DNA of 64,000 nt from Lingula anatina. Lineage: Eukaryota; Animalia; Brachiopoda. Location: NCBI GenBank assembly GCA_051362555.1, contig CM120641.1:22754001-22818000 (forward strand), written 5' to 3'. The notes under the pieces are model-generated. The model did no database searches, had not been told where the DNA came from, and saw nothing but the letters and a program-made list of their open reading frames with translations. Positions 20,101 to 35,100 of the stretch are shown one piece after another. Position numbers and translations under genes: made by a program. Every line of letters starts with the position of its first letter. Position 1 is the stretch's first letter.

Positions 20101-23100
20101 CTTAATAATGATACAACCACTCTTCCAGTACTTTATCCTCACTACAAATGACCAAACACACCTACCTGACACAATATTGAAGAAAAAAATTTTTCATCCC
20201 TACCTGGCCAAAATTGAAGAAAACTGCCATATCCGGACCTTACGAAAATCACTCAAAATCACCCAAAAATGACCCGTCAAAAATTTTTCCAAAAAGTGAT
20301 GAAAATCAATTTACCACACCTGACATTCATAAAAAATGTGGAAACGCGCCTGGATCACTTTATTAAAGCCCCCAATTTCAGCTTTAAAGATTGCCAGAAA
20401 GCACACCTGAGAACAGGATTTGGAGAGGGGGGGGGTGGAGAGAGTTTTTGCTCTATTTCTTCCTTAATAATGATACAACCACTCTTCCAGTACTTTATCC
20501 TCACTACAAATGACCAAACACACCTACCTGACACAATATTGAAGAAAAAAATTTTTCATCCCTACCTGGCCAAAATTGAAGAAAATTGCCATATTCGGAC
20601 CTTACGAAAATCACTCAAAATCATCCAAAAATGACCCGTCAAAAATTTTTCCAAAAAGTGATGAAAATCAATTTACCACACCTGACATTCATAAAAAATG
20701 TGGAAACGTGCCCGGATCACTTCATTAAAGCCCCCAATTTCAGCTTTAAAGATTGCCAGAAAGCACACCTGAGAACAGGATTTGGAGAGGGGGGGGGGGT
20801 GGAGAGAGTTTTTGCTCTATTTCTTCCTTAATAATGATACAACCACTCTTCCAGTACTTTATCCTCACTACAAATGACCAAACACACCTACCTGACACAA
20901 TATTGAAGAAAAAAATTTTTCATCCCTACCTGGCCAAAATTGAAGAAAACTGCCATATCCGGACCTTACGAAAATCACTCAAAATCACCCAAAAATGACC
21001 CGTCAAAAATTTTTCCAAAAAGTGATGAAAATCAATTTACCACACCTGACATTCATAAAAAATGTGGAAACGCGCCCGGATCACTTCATTAAAGCCCCCA
21101 ATTTCAGCTTTAAAGATTGCCAGAAAGCACACCTGAGAACAGGATTTGGAGAGGGGGGGGGTTGAGAGAGTTTTTGCTCTATTTCTTCCTTAATAATGAT
21201 ACAACCACTCTTCCAGTACTTTATCCTCACTACAAATGACCAAACACACCTACCTGACACAATATTGAAGAAAAAAATTTTTCATCCCTACCTGGCCAAA
21301 ATTGAAGAAAACTGCCATATCCGGACCTTACAAAAATCACTCAAAATCACCCAAAAATGACCCGTGAAAAATTTTTCCAAAAAGTGATGAAAATCAATTT
21401 ACCACACCTGACATTCATAAAAAATGTGGAAACGCGCCCGGATCACTTCATTAATGCCCCCAATTTCAGCTTTAAAGATTGCCAGAAAGCACACCTGAGA
21501 ACAGGATTTGGAGAGGGGGGGGGGGGTGGAGAGAGTTTTTGCTCTATTTCTTCCTTAATAATGATACAACCACTCTTCGAGTATCCTCACTACAAATGAC
21601 CAAACACACCTACCTGACACAATATTGAAGAAAAAAATTTTTCATCCGTACCTGGCCAAAATTGAAGAAAACTGCCATATCCGGACCTTACGAAAATCAC
21701 TCAAAATCACCCAAAAATGACCCGTCAAAAATTTTTCCAAAAAGTGATGAAAATCAATTTACCACACCTGACATTCATAAAAAATGTGGAAACGCGCCCG
21801 GGTCACTTCATTAAAGCCCCCAATTTCAGCTTTAAAGATTGCCAGAAAGCACACCTGAGAACAGGATTTGGAGAGAGGGGGGTGGAGAGAGTTTTTGCTC
21901 TATTTCTTCCTTAATAATGATACAACCACTCTTCCAGTACTTTATCCTCACTACAAATGACCAAACACACCTACCTGACACAATATTGAAGAAAAAAATT
22001 TTTCATCCCTACCTGGCCAAAATTGAAGAAAACTGCCATATCCGGACCTTACGAAAATCACTCAAAATCACCCAAAAATGACCCGTCAAAAATTTTTCCA
22101 AAAAGTGATGAAAATCAATTTACCACACCTGACATTCATAAAAAATGTGGAAACGTGCCCGGATCACTTCATTAAAGCCCCCAATTTCAGCTTTAAAGAT
22201 TGCCAGAAAGCACACCTGAGAACAGGATTTGGAGAGGGGGGGGGGGTGGAGAGAGTTTTTGCTCTATTTCTTTCTTAATAATGATACAACCACTCTTCCA
22301 GTACTTTATCCTCACTACAAATGACCAAACACACCTACCTGACACAATATTGAAGAAAAAAATTTTTCATCCTTACCTGGCCAAAATTGAAGAAAACTGC
22401 CATATCCGGACCTTACGAAAATCACTCAAAATCACCCAAAAATGACCCGTCAAAAATTTTTCCAAAAAGTGATGAAAATCAATTTACCACACCTGACATT
22501 CATAAAAAATGTGGAAACGTGCCCGGATCACTTCATTAAAGCCCCCAATTTCAGCTTTAAAGATTGCCAGAAAGCACACCTGAGAACAGGATTTGGAGAG
22601 GGGGGGGGGTGGAGAGAGTTTTTGCTCTATTTCTTCCTTAATAATGATACAACCACTCTTCCAGTACTTTATCCTCACTACAAATGACCAAACACACCTA
22701 CCTGACACAATATTGAAGAAAAAAATTTTTCATCCTTACCTGGCCAAAATTGAAGAAAACTGCCATATCCGAACCTTACGAAAATCACTCAAAATCACCC
22801 AAAAATGACCCGTCAAAAATTTTTGCAAAAAGTGACGAAAATCAATTTACCACACCTGACATTCATAAAAAATGTGGAAACGTGCCCGGATCACTTCATT
22901 AAAGCCCCCAATTTCAGCTTTAAAGATTGCCAGAAAGCACACCTGAGAACAGGATTTGGAGAGGGGGGTGGGGGGGGTGGAGAGAGTTTTTGCTCTATTT
23001 CTTCCTTAATAATGATACAACCACTCTTCCAGTACTTTATCCTCACTACAAATGACCAAACACACCTACCTGACACAATATTGAAGAAAAAAATTTTTCA

Positions 23101-26100
23101 TCCTTACCTGGCCAAAATTGAAGAAAACTGCCATATCCGAACCTTACGAAAATCACTCAAAATCACCCAAAAATGACCCGTCAAAAATCTTTCCAAAAAG
23201 TGACGAAAATCAATTTACCACACCTGACATTCATAAAAAATGTGGAAACGTGCCCGGATCACTTCATTAAAGCCCCCAATTTCAGCTTTAAAGATTGCCA
23301 GAAAGCACACCTGAGAACAGGATTTGGAGAGGGAGGGGGGGGGTGGAGAGAGTTTTTGCTCTATTTCTTCCTTAATAATGATACAACCACTCTTCCAGTA
23401 CTTTATCCTCACTACAAATGACCAAACACACCTACCTGACACAATATTGAAGAAAAAATTTTTCATCCCTACCTGGCCAAAATTGAAGAAAACTGCCATA
23501 TCCGGACCTTACGAAAATCACTCAAAATCACCCAAAAATGACCCGTCAAAAATTTTTCCAAAAAGTGATGAAAATCAATTTACCACACCTGACATTCATA
23601 AAAAATGTGGAAACGCGCCCGGATCACTTCATTAAAGCCCCCAATTTCAGCTTTAAAGATTGCCAGAAAGCACACCTGAGAACAGGATTTGGAGAGGGGG
23701 GGTGGTGGAGAGAGTTTTTGCTCTATTTCTTCCTTAATAATGATACAACCACTCTTCCAGTACTTTATCCTCACTACAAATGACCAAACACACCTACCTG
23801 ACACAATATTGAAGAAAAAAATTTTTCATCCCTACCTGGCCAAAATTGAAGAAAACTGCCATATCCGGACCTTACGAAAATCACTCAAAATCACCCAAAA
23901 ATGACCCGTCAAAAATTTTTCCAAAAAGTGATGAAAATCAATTTACCACACCTGACATTCATAAAAAATGTGGAAACGCGCCTGGATCACTTCATTAAAG
24001 CCCCCAATTTCAGCTTTAAAGATTGCCAGAAAGCACACCTGAGAACAGGATTTGGAGAGGGGGGGGTGGAGAGAGTTTTTGCTCTATTTCTTCCTTAATA
24101 ATGATACAACCACTCTTCCAGTACTTTATCCTCACTACAAATGACCAAACACACCTACCTGACACAATATTGAAGAAAAAAATTTTTCATCCCTACCTGG
24201 CCAAAATTGAAGAAAACTGCCATATTCGGACCTTACGAAAATCACTCAAAATCATCCAAAAATGACCCGTCAAAAATTTTTCCAAAAAGTGATGAAAATC
24301 AATTTACCACACCTGACATTCATAAAAAATGTGGAAACGTGCCCGGATCACTTCATTAAAGCCCCTAATTTCAGCTTTAAAGATTGCCAGAAAGCACACC
24401 TGAGAACAGGATTTGGAGAGGGGGGGGGGTGGAGAGAGTTTTTGCTCTATTTCTTCCTTAATAATGATACAACCACTCTTCCAGTACTTTATCCTCACTA
24501 CAAATGACCAAACACACCTACCTGACACAATATTGAAGAAAAAAATTTTTCATCCCTACCTGGCCAAAATTGAAGAAAACTGCCATATCCGGACCTTACG
24601 AAAATCACTCAAAATTACCCAAAAATGACCCGTCAAAAATTTTTCCAAAAAGTGATGAAAATCAATTTACCACACCTGACATTCATAAAAAATGTGGAAA
24701 CGCGCCCGGATCACTTCATTAAAGCCCCCAATTTCAGCTTTAAAGATTGCCAGAAAGCACACCTGAGAACAGGATTTGGAGAGGGGGGGGGTTGAGAGAG
24801 TTTTTGCTCTATTTCTTCCTTAATAATGATACAACCACTCTTCCAGTACTTTATCCTCACTACAAATGACCAAACACACCTACCTGACACAATATTGAAG
24901 AAAAAAATTTTTCATCCCTACCTGGCCAAAATTGAAGAAAACTGCCATATCCGGACCTTACAAAAATCACTCAAATTCACCCAAAAATGACCCGTGAAAA
25001 ATTTTTCCAAAAAGTGATGAAAATCAATTTACCACACCTGACATTCATAAAAAATGTGGAAACGCGCCCGGATCACTTCATTAATGCCCCCAATTTCAGC
25101 TTTAAAGATTGCCAGAAAGCACACCTGAGAACAGGATTTGGAGAGGGGGGGGGTGGAGAGAGTTTTTGCTCTATTTCTTCCTTAATAATGATACAACCAC
25201 TCTTCCAGTACTTTATCCTCACTACAAATGACCAAACACACCTACCTGACACAATATTGAAGAAAAAAATTTTTCATCCCTACCTGGCCAAAATTGAAGA
25301 AAACTGCCATATCCGGACCTTACGAAAATCACTCAAAATCACCCAAAAATGACCCGTCAAAAATTTTTCCAAAAAGTGATGAAAATCAATTTACCACACC
25401 TGACATTCATAAAAAATGTGGAAACGTGCCCGGATCACTTCATTAAAGCCCCCAATTTCAGCTTTAAAGATTGCCAGAAAGCACACCTGAGAACAGGATT
25501 TGGAGAGGGGGGGTGGTGGAGAGAGTTTTTGCTCTATTTCTTCCTTAATAATGATACAACCACTCTTCCAGTACTTTATCCTCACTACAAATGACCAAAC
25601 ACACCTACCTGACACAATATTGAAGAAAAAAATTTTTCATCCCTACCTGGCCAAAATTGAAGAAAACTGCCATATCCGGACCTTACGAAAATCACTCAAA
25701 ATCACCCAAAAATGACCCGTCAAAAATTTTTCCAAAAAGTGATGAAAATCAATTTACCACACCTGACATTCATAAAAAATGTGGAAACGCGCCCGGATCA
25801 CTTCATTAAAGCCCCCAATTTCAGCTTTAAAGATTGCCAGAAAGCACACCTGAGAACAGGATTTGGAGAGGGGGGGTGGTGGAGAGAGTTTTTGCTCTAT
25901 TTCTTCCTTAATAATGATACAACCACTCTTCCAGTACTTTATCCTCACTACAAATGACCAAACACACCTACCTGACACAATATTGAAGAAAAAAATTTTT
26001 CATCCCTACCTGGCCAAAATTGAAGAAAACTGCCATATCCGGACCTTACGAAAATCACTCAAAATCACCCAAAAATGACCCGTCAAAAATTTTTCCAAAA

Positions 26101-29100
26101 AGTGATGAAAATCAATTTACCACACCTGACATTCATAAAAAATGTGGAAACGCGCCTGGATCACTTTATTAAAGCCCCCAATTTCAGCTTTAAAGATTGC
26201 CAGAAAGCACACCTGAGAACAGGATTTGGAGAGGGGGGGGGTGGAGAGAGTTTTTGCTCTATTTCTTCCTTAATAATGATACAACCACTCTTCCAGTACT
26301 TTATCCTCACTACAAATGACCAAACACACCTACCTGACACAATATTGAAGAAAAAAATTTTTCATCCCTACCTGGCCAAAATTGAAGAAAATTGCCATAT
26401 TCGGACCTTACGAAAATCACTCAAAATCATCCAAAAATGACCCGTCAAAAATTTTTCCAAAAAGTGATGAAAATCAATTTACCACACCTGACATTCATAA
26501 AAAATGTGGAAACGTGCCCGGATCACTTCATTAAAGCCCCCAATTTCAGCTTTAAAGATTGCCAGAAAGCACACCTGAGAACAGGATTTGGAGAGGGGGG
26601 GTGGTGGAGAGAGTTTTTGCTCTATTTCTTCCTTAATAATGATACAACCACTCTTCCAGTACTTTATCCTCACTACAAATGACCAAACACACCTACCTGA
26701 CACAATATTGAAGAAAAAAATTTTTCATCCCTACCTGGCCAAAATTGAAGAAAACTGCCATATCCGGACCTTACGAAAATCACTCAAAATCACCCAAAAA
26801 TGACCCGTCAAAAATTTTTCCAAAAAGTGATGAAAATCAATTTACCACACCTGACATTCATAAAAAATGTGGAAACGCGCCTGGATCACTTTATTAAAGC
26901 CCCCAATTTCAGCTTTAAAGATTGCCAGAAAGCACACCTGAGAACAGGATTTGGAGAGGGGGGGGGTGGAGAGAGTTTTTGCTCTATTTCTTCCTTAATA
27001 ATGATACAACCACTCTTCCAGTACTTTATCCTCACTACAAATGACCAAACACACCTACCTGACACAATATTGAAGAAAAAAATTTTTCATCCCTACCTGG
27101 CCAAAATTGAAGAAAATTGCCATATTCGGACCTTACGAAAATCACTCAAAATCATCCAAAAATGACCCGTCAAAAATTTTTCCAAAAAGTGATGAAAATC
27201 AATTTACCACACCTGACATTCATAAAAAATGTGGAAACGTGCCCGGATCACTTCATTAAAGCCCCCAATTTCAGCTTTAAAGATTGCCAGAAAGCACACC
27301 TGAGAACAGGATTTGGAGAGGGGGGGGGGGTGGAGAGAGTTTTTGCTCTATTTCTTCCTTAATAATGATACAACCACTCTTCCAGTACTTTATCCTCACT
27401 ACAAATGACCAAACACACCTACCTGACACAATATTGAAGAAAAAAATTTTTCATCCCTACCTGGCCAAAATTGAAGAAAACTGCCATATCCGGACCTTAC
27501 GAAAATCACTCAAAATCACCCAAAAATGACCCGTCAAAAATTTTTCCAAAAAGTGATGAAAATCAATTTACCACACCTGACATTCATAAAAAATGTGGAA
27601 ACGCGCCCGGATCACTTCATTAAAGCCCCCAATTTCAGCTTTAAAGATTGCCAGAAAGCACACCTGAGAACAGGATTTGGAGAGGGGGGGGGTTGAGAGA
27701 GTTTTTGCTCTATTTCTTCCTTAATAATGATACAACCACTCTTCCAGTACTTTATCCTCACTACAAATGACCAAACACACCTACCTGACACAATATTGAA
27801 GAAAAAAATTTTTCATCCCTACCTGGCCAAAATTGAAGAAAACTGCCATATCCGGACCTTACAAAAATCACTCAAAATCACCCAAAAATGACCCGTCAAA
27901 AATTTTTCCAAAAAGTGATGAAAATCAATTTACCACACCTGACATTCATAAAAAATGTGGAAACGCGCCCGGATCACTTCATTAAAGCCCCCAATTTCAG
28001 CTTTAAAGATTGCCAGAAAGCACACCTGAGAACAGGATTTGGAGAGGGGGGGTGGTGGAGAGAGTTTTTGCTCTATTTCTTCCTTAATAATGATACAACC
28101 ACTCTTCCAGTACTTTATCCTCACTACAAATGACCAAACACACCTACCTGACACAATATTGAAGAAAAAAATTTTTCATCCCTACCTGGCCAAAATTGAA
28201 GAAAACTGCCATATCCGGACCTTACGAAAATCACTCAAAATCACCCAAAAATGACCCGTCAAAAATTTTTCCAAAAAGTGATGAAAATCAATTTACCACA
28301 CCTGACATTCATAAAAAATGTGGAAACGCGCCTGGATCACTTCATTAAAGCCCCCAATTTCAGCTTTAAAGATTGCCAGAAAGCACACCTGAGAACAGGA
28401 TTTGGAGAGGGGGGGGTGGAGAGAGTTTTTGCTCTATTTCTTCCTTAATAATGATACAACCACTCTTCCAGTACTTTATCCTCACTACAAATGACCAAAC
28501 ACACCTACCTGACACAATATTGAAGAAAAAAATTTTTCATCCCTACCTGGCCAAAATTGAAGAAAACTGCCATATTCGGACCTTACGAAAATCACTCAAA
28601 ATCATCCAAAAATGACCCGTCAAAAATTTTTCCAAAAAGTGATGAAAATCAATTTACCACACCTGACATTCATAAAAAATGTGGAAACGTGCCCGGATCA
28701 CTTCATTAAAGCCCCTAATTTCAGCTTTAAAGATTGCCAGAAAGCACACCTGAGAACAGGATTTGGAGAGGGGGGGGGGTGGAGAGAGTTTTTGCTCTAT
28801 TTCTTCCTTAATAATGATACAACCACTCTTCCAGTACTTTATCCTCACTACAAATGACCAAACACACCTACCTGACACAATATTGAAGAAAAAAATTTTT
28901 CATCCCTACCTGGCCAAAATTGAAGAAAACTGCCATATCCGGACCTTACGAAAATCACTCAAAATTACCCAAAAATGACCCGTCAAAAATTTTTCCAAAA
29001 AGTGATGAAAATCAATTTACCACACCTGACATTCATAAAAAATGTGGAAACGCGCCCGGATCACTTCATTAAAGCCCCCAATTTCAGCTTTAAAGATTGC

Positions 29101-32100
29101 CAGAAAGCACACCTGAGAACAGGATTTGGAGAGGGGGGGGGTTGAGAGAGTTTTTGCTCTATTTCTTCCTTAATAATGATACAACCACTCTTCCAGTACT
29201 TTATCCTCACTACAAATGACCAAACACACCTACCTGACACAATATTGAAGAAAAAAATTTTTCATCCCTACCTGGCCAAAATTGAAGAAAACTGCCATAT
29301 CCGGACCTTACAAAAATCACTCAAATTCACCCAAAAATGACCCGTGAAAAATTTTTCCAAAAAGTGATGAAAATCAATTTACCACACCTGACATTCATAA
29401 AAAATGTGGAAACGCGCCCGGATCACTTCATTAATGCCCCCAATTTCAGCTTTAAAGATTGCCAGAAAGCACACCTGAGAACAGGATTTGGAGAGGGGGG
29501 GGGGGTGGAGAGAGTTTTTGCTCTATTTCTTCCTTAATAATGATACAACCACTCTTCCAGTACTTTATCCTCACTACAAATGACCAAACACACCTACCTG
29601 ACACAATATTGAAGAAAAAAATTTTTCATCCCTACCTGGCCAAAATTGAAGAAAACTGCCATATCCGGACCTTACGAAAATCACTCAAAATCACCCAAAA
29701 ATGACCCGTCAAAAATTTTTCCAAAAAGTGATGAAAATCAATTTACCACACCTGACATTCATAAAAAATGTGGAAACGTGCCCGGATCACTTCATTAAAG
29801 CCCCCAATTTCAGCTTTAAAGATTGCCAGAAAGCACACCTGAGAACAGGATTTGGAGAGGGGGGGTGGTGGAGAGAGTTTTTGCTCTATTTCTTCCTTAA
29901 TAATGATACAACCACTCTTCCAGTACTTTATCCTCACTACAAATGACCAAACACACCTACCTGACACAATATTGAAGAAAAAAATTTTTCATCCCTACCT
30001 GGCCAAAATTGAAGAAAACTGCCATATCCGGACCTTACGAAAATCACTCAAAATCACCCAAAAATGACCCGTCAAAAATTTTTCCAAAAAGTGATGAAAA
30101 TCAATTTACCACACCTGACATTCATAAAAAATGTGGAAACGCGCCCGGATCACTTCATTAAAGCCCCCAATTTCAGCTTTAAAGATTGCCAGAAAGCACA
30201 CCTGAGAACAGGATTTGGAGAGGGGGGGTGGTGGAGAGAGTTTTTGCTCTATTTCTTCCTTAATAATGATACAACCACTCTTCCAGTACTTTATCCTCAC
30301 TACAAATGACCAAACACACCTACCTGACACAATATTGAAGAAAAAAATTTTTCATCCCTACCTGGCCAAAATTGAAGAAAACTGCCATATCCGGACCTTA
30401 CGAAAATCACTCAAAATCACCCAAAAATGACCCGTCAAAAATTTTTCCAAAAAGTGATGAAAATCAATTTACCACACCTGACATTCATAAAAAATGTGGA
30501 AACGCGCCTGGATCACTTTATTAAAGCCCCCAATTTCAGCTTTAAAGATTGCCAGAAAGCACACCTGAGAACAGGATTTGGAGAGGGGGGGGGTGGAGAG
30601 AGTTTTTGCTCTATTTCTTCCTTAATAATGATACAACCACTCTTCCAGTACTTTATCCTCACTACAAATGACCAAACACACCTACCTGACACAATATTGA
30701 AGAAAAAAATTTTTCATCCCTACCTGGCCAAAATTGAAGAAAATTGCCATATTCGGACCTTACGAAAATCACTCAAAATCATCCAAAAATGACCCGTCAA
30801 AAATTTTTCCAAAAAGTGATGAAAATCAATTTACCACACCTGACATTCATAAAAAATGTGGAAACGTGCCCGGATCACTTCATTAAAGCCCCCAATTTCA
30901 GCTTTAAAGATTGCCAGAAAGCACACCTGAGAACAGGATTTGGAGAGGGGGGGTGGTGGAGAGAGTTTTTGCTCTATTTCTTCCTTAATAATGATACAAC
31001 CACTCTTCCAGTACTTTATCCTCACTACAAATGACCAAACACACCTACCTGACACAATATTGAAGAAAAAAATTTTTCATCCCTACCTGGCCAAAATTGA
31101 AGAAAACTGCCATATCCGGACCTTACGAAAATCACTCAAAATCACCCAAAAATGACCCGTCAAAAATTTTTCCAAAAAGTGATGAAAATCAATTTACCAC
31201 ACCTGACATTCATAAAAAATGTGGAAACGCGCCTGGATCACTTTATTAAAGCCCCCAATTTCAGCTTTAAAGATTGCCAGAAAGCACACCTGAGAACAGG
31301 ATTTGGAGAGGGGGGGGGTGGAGAGAGTTTTTGCTCTATTTCTTCCTTAATAATGATACAACCACTCTTCCAGTACTTTATCCTCACTACAAATGACCAA
31401 ACACACCTACCTGACACAATATTGAAGAAAAAAATTTTTCATCCCTACCTGGCCAAAATTGAAGAAAATTGCCATATTCGGACCTTACGAAAATCACTCA
31501 AAATCATCCAAAAATGACCCGTCAAAAATTTTTCCAAAAAGTGATGAAAATCAATTTACCACACCTGACATTCATAAAAAATGTGGAAACGTGCCCGGAT
31601 CACTTCATTAAAGCCCCCAATTTCAGCTTTAAAGATTGCCAGAAAGCACACCTGAGAACAGGATTTGGAGAGGGGGGGGGGTGGAGAGAGTTTTTGCTCT
31701 ATTTCTTCCTTAATAATGATACAACCACTCTTCCAGTACTTTATCCTCACTACAAATGACCAAACACACCTACCTGACACAATATTGAAGAAAAAAATTT
31801 TTCATCCCTACCTGGCCAAAATTGAAGAAAACTGCCATATCCGGACCTTACGAAAATCACTCAAAATCACCCAAAAATGACCCGTCAAAAATTTTTCCAA
31901 AAAGTGATGAAAATCAATTTACCACACCTGACATTCATAAAAAATGTGGAAACGCGCCCGGATCACTTCATTAAAGCCCCCAATTTCAGCTTTAAAGATT
32001 GCCAGAAAGCACACCTGAGAACAGGATTTGGAGAGGGGGGGGGTTGAGAGAGTTTTTGCTCTATTTCTTCCTTAATAATGATACAACCACTCTTCCAGTA

Positions 32101-35100
32101 CTTTATCCTCACTACAAATGACCAAACACACCTACCTGACACAATATTGAAGAAAAAAATTTTTCATCCCTACCTGGCCAAAATTGAAGAAAACTGCCAT
32201 ATCCGGACCTTACAAAAATCACTCAAAATCACCCAAAAATGACCCGTGAAAAATTTTTCCAAAAAGTGATGAAAATCAATTTACCACACCTGACATTCAT
32301 AAAAAATGTGGAAACGCGCCCGGATCACTTCATTAATGCCCCCAATTTCAGCTTTAAAGATTGCCAGAAAGCACACCTGAGAACAGGATTTGGAGAGGGG
32401 GGGGGGGGTGGAGAGAGTTTTTGCTCTATTTCTTCCTTAATAATGATACAACCACTCTTCGAGTATCCTCACTACAAATGACCAAACACACCTACCTGAC
32501 ACAATATTGAAGAAAAAAATTTTTCATCCGTACCTGGCCAAAATTGAAGAAAACTGCCATATCCGGACCTTACGAAAATCACTCAAAATCACCCAAAAAT
32601 GACCCGTCAAAAATTTTTCCAAAAAGTGATGAAAATCAATTTACCACACCTGACATTCATAAAAAATGTGGAAACGCGCCCGGGTCACTTCATTAAAGCC
32701 CCCAATTTCAGCTTTAAAGATTGCCAGAAAGCACACCTGAGAACAGGATTTGGAGAGAGGGGGGTGGAGAGAGTTTTTGCTCTATTTCTTCCTTAATAAT
32801 GATACAACCACTCTTCCAGTACTTTATCCTCACTACAAATGACCAAACACACCTACCTGACACAATATTGAAGAAAAAAATTTTTCATCCCTACCTGGCC
32901 AAAATTGAAGAAAACTGCCATATCCGGACCTTACGAAAATCACTCAAAATCACCCAAAAATGACCCGTCAAAAATTTTTCCAAAAAGTGATGAAAATCAA
33001 TTTACCACACCTGACATTCATAAAAAATGTGGAAACGTGCCCGGATCACTTCATTAAAGCCCCCAATTTCAGCTTTAAAGATTGCCAGAAAGCACACCTG
33101 AGAACAGGATTTGGAGAGGGGGGGGGGTGGAGAGAGTTTTTGCTCTATTTCTTCCTTAATAATGATACAACCACTCTTCCAGTACTTTATCCTCACTACA
33201 AATGACCAAACACACCTACCTGACACAATATTGAAGAAAAAAATTTTTCATCCTTACCTGGCCAAAATTGAAGAAAACTGCCATATCCGGACCTTACGAA
33301 AATCACTCAAAATCACCCAAAAATGACCCGTCAAAAATTTTTCCAAAAAGTGATGAAAATCAATTTACCACACCTGACATTCATAAAAAATGTGGAAACG
33401 TGCCCGGATCACTTCATTAAAGCCCCCAATTTCAGCTTTAAAGATTGCCAGAAAGCACACCTGAGAACAGGATTTGGAGAGGGGGGGGGTGGAGAGAGTT
33501 TTTGCTCTATTTCTTCCTTAATAATGATACAACCACTCTTCCAGTACTTTATCCTCACTACAAATGACCAAACACACCTACCTGACACAATATTGAAGAA
33601 AAAAATTTTTCATCCTTACCTGGCCAAAATTGAAGAAAACTGCCATATCCGAACCTTACGAAAATCACTCAAAATCACCCAAAAATGACCCGTCAAAAAT
33701 TTTTGCAAAAAGTGACGAAAATCAATTTACCACACCTGACATTCATAAAAAATGTGGAAACGTGCCCGGATCACTTCATTAAAGCCCCCAATTTCAGCTT
33801 TAAAGATTGCCAGAAAGCACACCTGAGAACAGGATTTGGAGAGGGGGGTGGGGGGGGTGGAGAGAGTTTTTGCTCTATTTCTTCCTTAATAATGATACAA
33901 CCACTCTTCCAGTACTTTATCCTCACTACAAATGACCAAACACACCTACCTGACACAATATTGAAGAAAAAAATTTTTCATCCTTACCTGGCCAAAATTG
34001 AAGAAAACTGCCATATCCGAACCTTACGAAAATCACTCAAAATCACCCAAAAATGACCCGTCAAAAATCTTTCCAAAAAGTGACGAAAATCAATTTACCA
34101 CACCTGACATTCATAAAAAATGTGGAAACGTGCCCGGATCACTTCATTAAAGCCCCCAATTTCAGCTTTAAAGATTGCCAGAAAGCACACCTGAGAACAG
34201 GATTTGGAGAGGGAGGGGGGGGGTGGAGAGAGTTTTTGCTCTATTTCTTCCTTAATAATGATACAACCACTCTTCCAGTACTTTATCCTCACTACAAATG
34301 ACCAAACACACCTACCTGACACAATATTGAAGAAAAAATTTTTCATCCCTACCTGGCCAAAATTGAAGAAAACTGCCATATCCGGACCTTACGAAAATCA
34401 CTCAAAATCACCCAAAAATGACCCGTCAAAAATTTTTCCAAAAAGTGATGAAAATCAATTTACCACACCTGACATTCATAAAAAATGTGGAAACGCGCCC
34501 GGATCACTTCATTAAAGCCCCCAATTTCAGCTTTAAAGATTGCCAGAAAGCACACCTGAGAACAGGATTTGGAGAGGGGGGGTGGTGGAGAGAGTTTTTG
34601 CTCTATTTCTTCCTTAATAATGATACAACCACTCTTCCAGTACTTTATCCTCACTACAAATGACCAAACACACCTACCTGACACAATATTGAAGAAAAAA
34701 ATTTTTCATCCCTACCTGGCCAAAATTGAAGAAAACTGCCATATCCGGACCTTACGAAAATCACTCAAAATCACCCAAAAATGACCCGTCAAAAATTTTT
34801 CCAAAAAGTGATGAAAATCAATTTACCACACCTGACATTCATAAAAAATGTGGAAACGCGCCTGGATCACTTCATTAAAGCCCCCAATTTCAGCTTTAAA
34901 GATTGCCAGAAAGCACACCTGAGAACAGGATTTGGAGAGGGGGGGGTGGAGAGAGTTTTTGCTCTATTTCTTCCTTAATAATGATACAACCACTCTTCCA
35001 GTACTTTATCCTCACTACAAATGACCAAACACACCTACCTGACACAATATTGAAGAAAAAAATTTTTCATCCCTACCTGGCCAAAATTGAAGAAAACTGC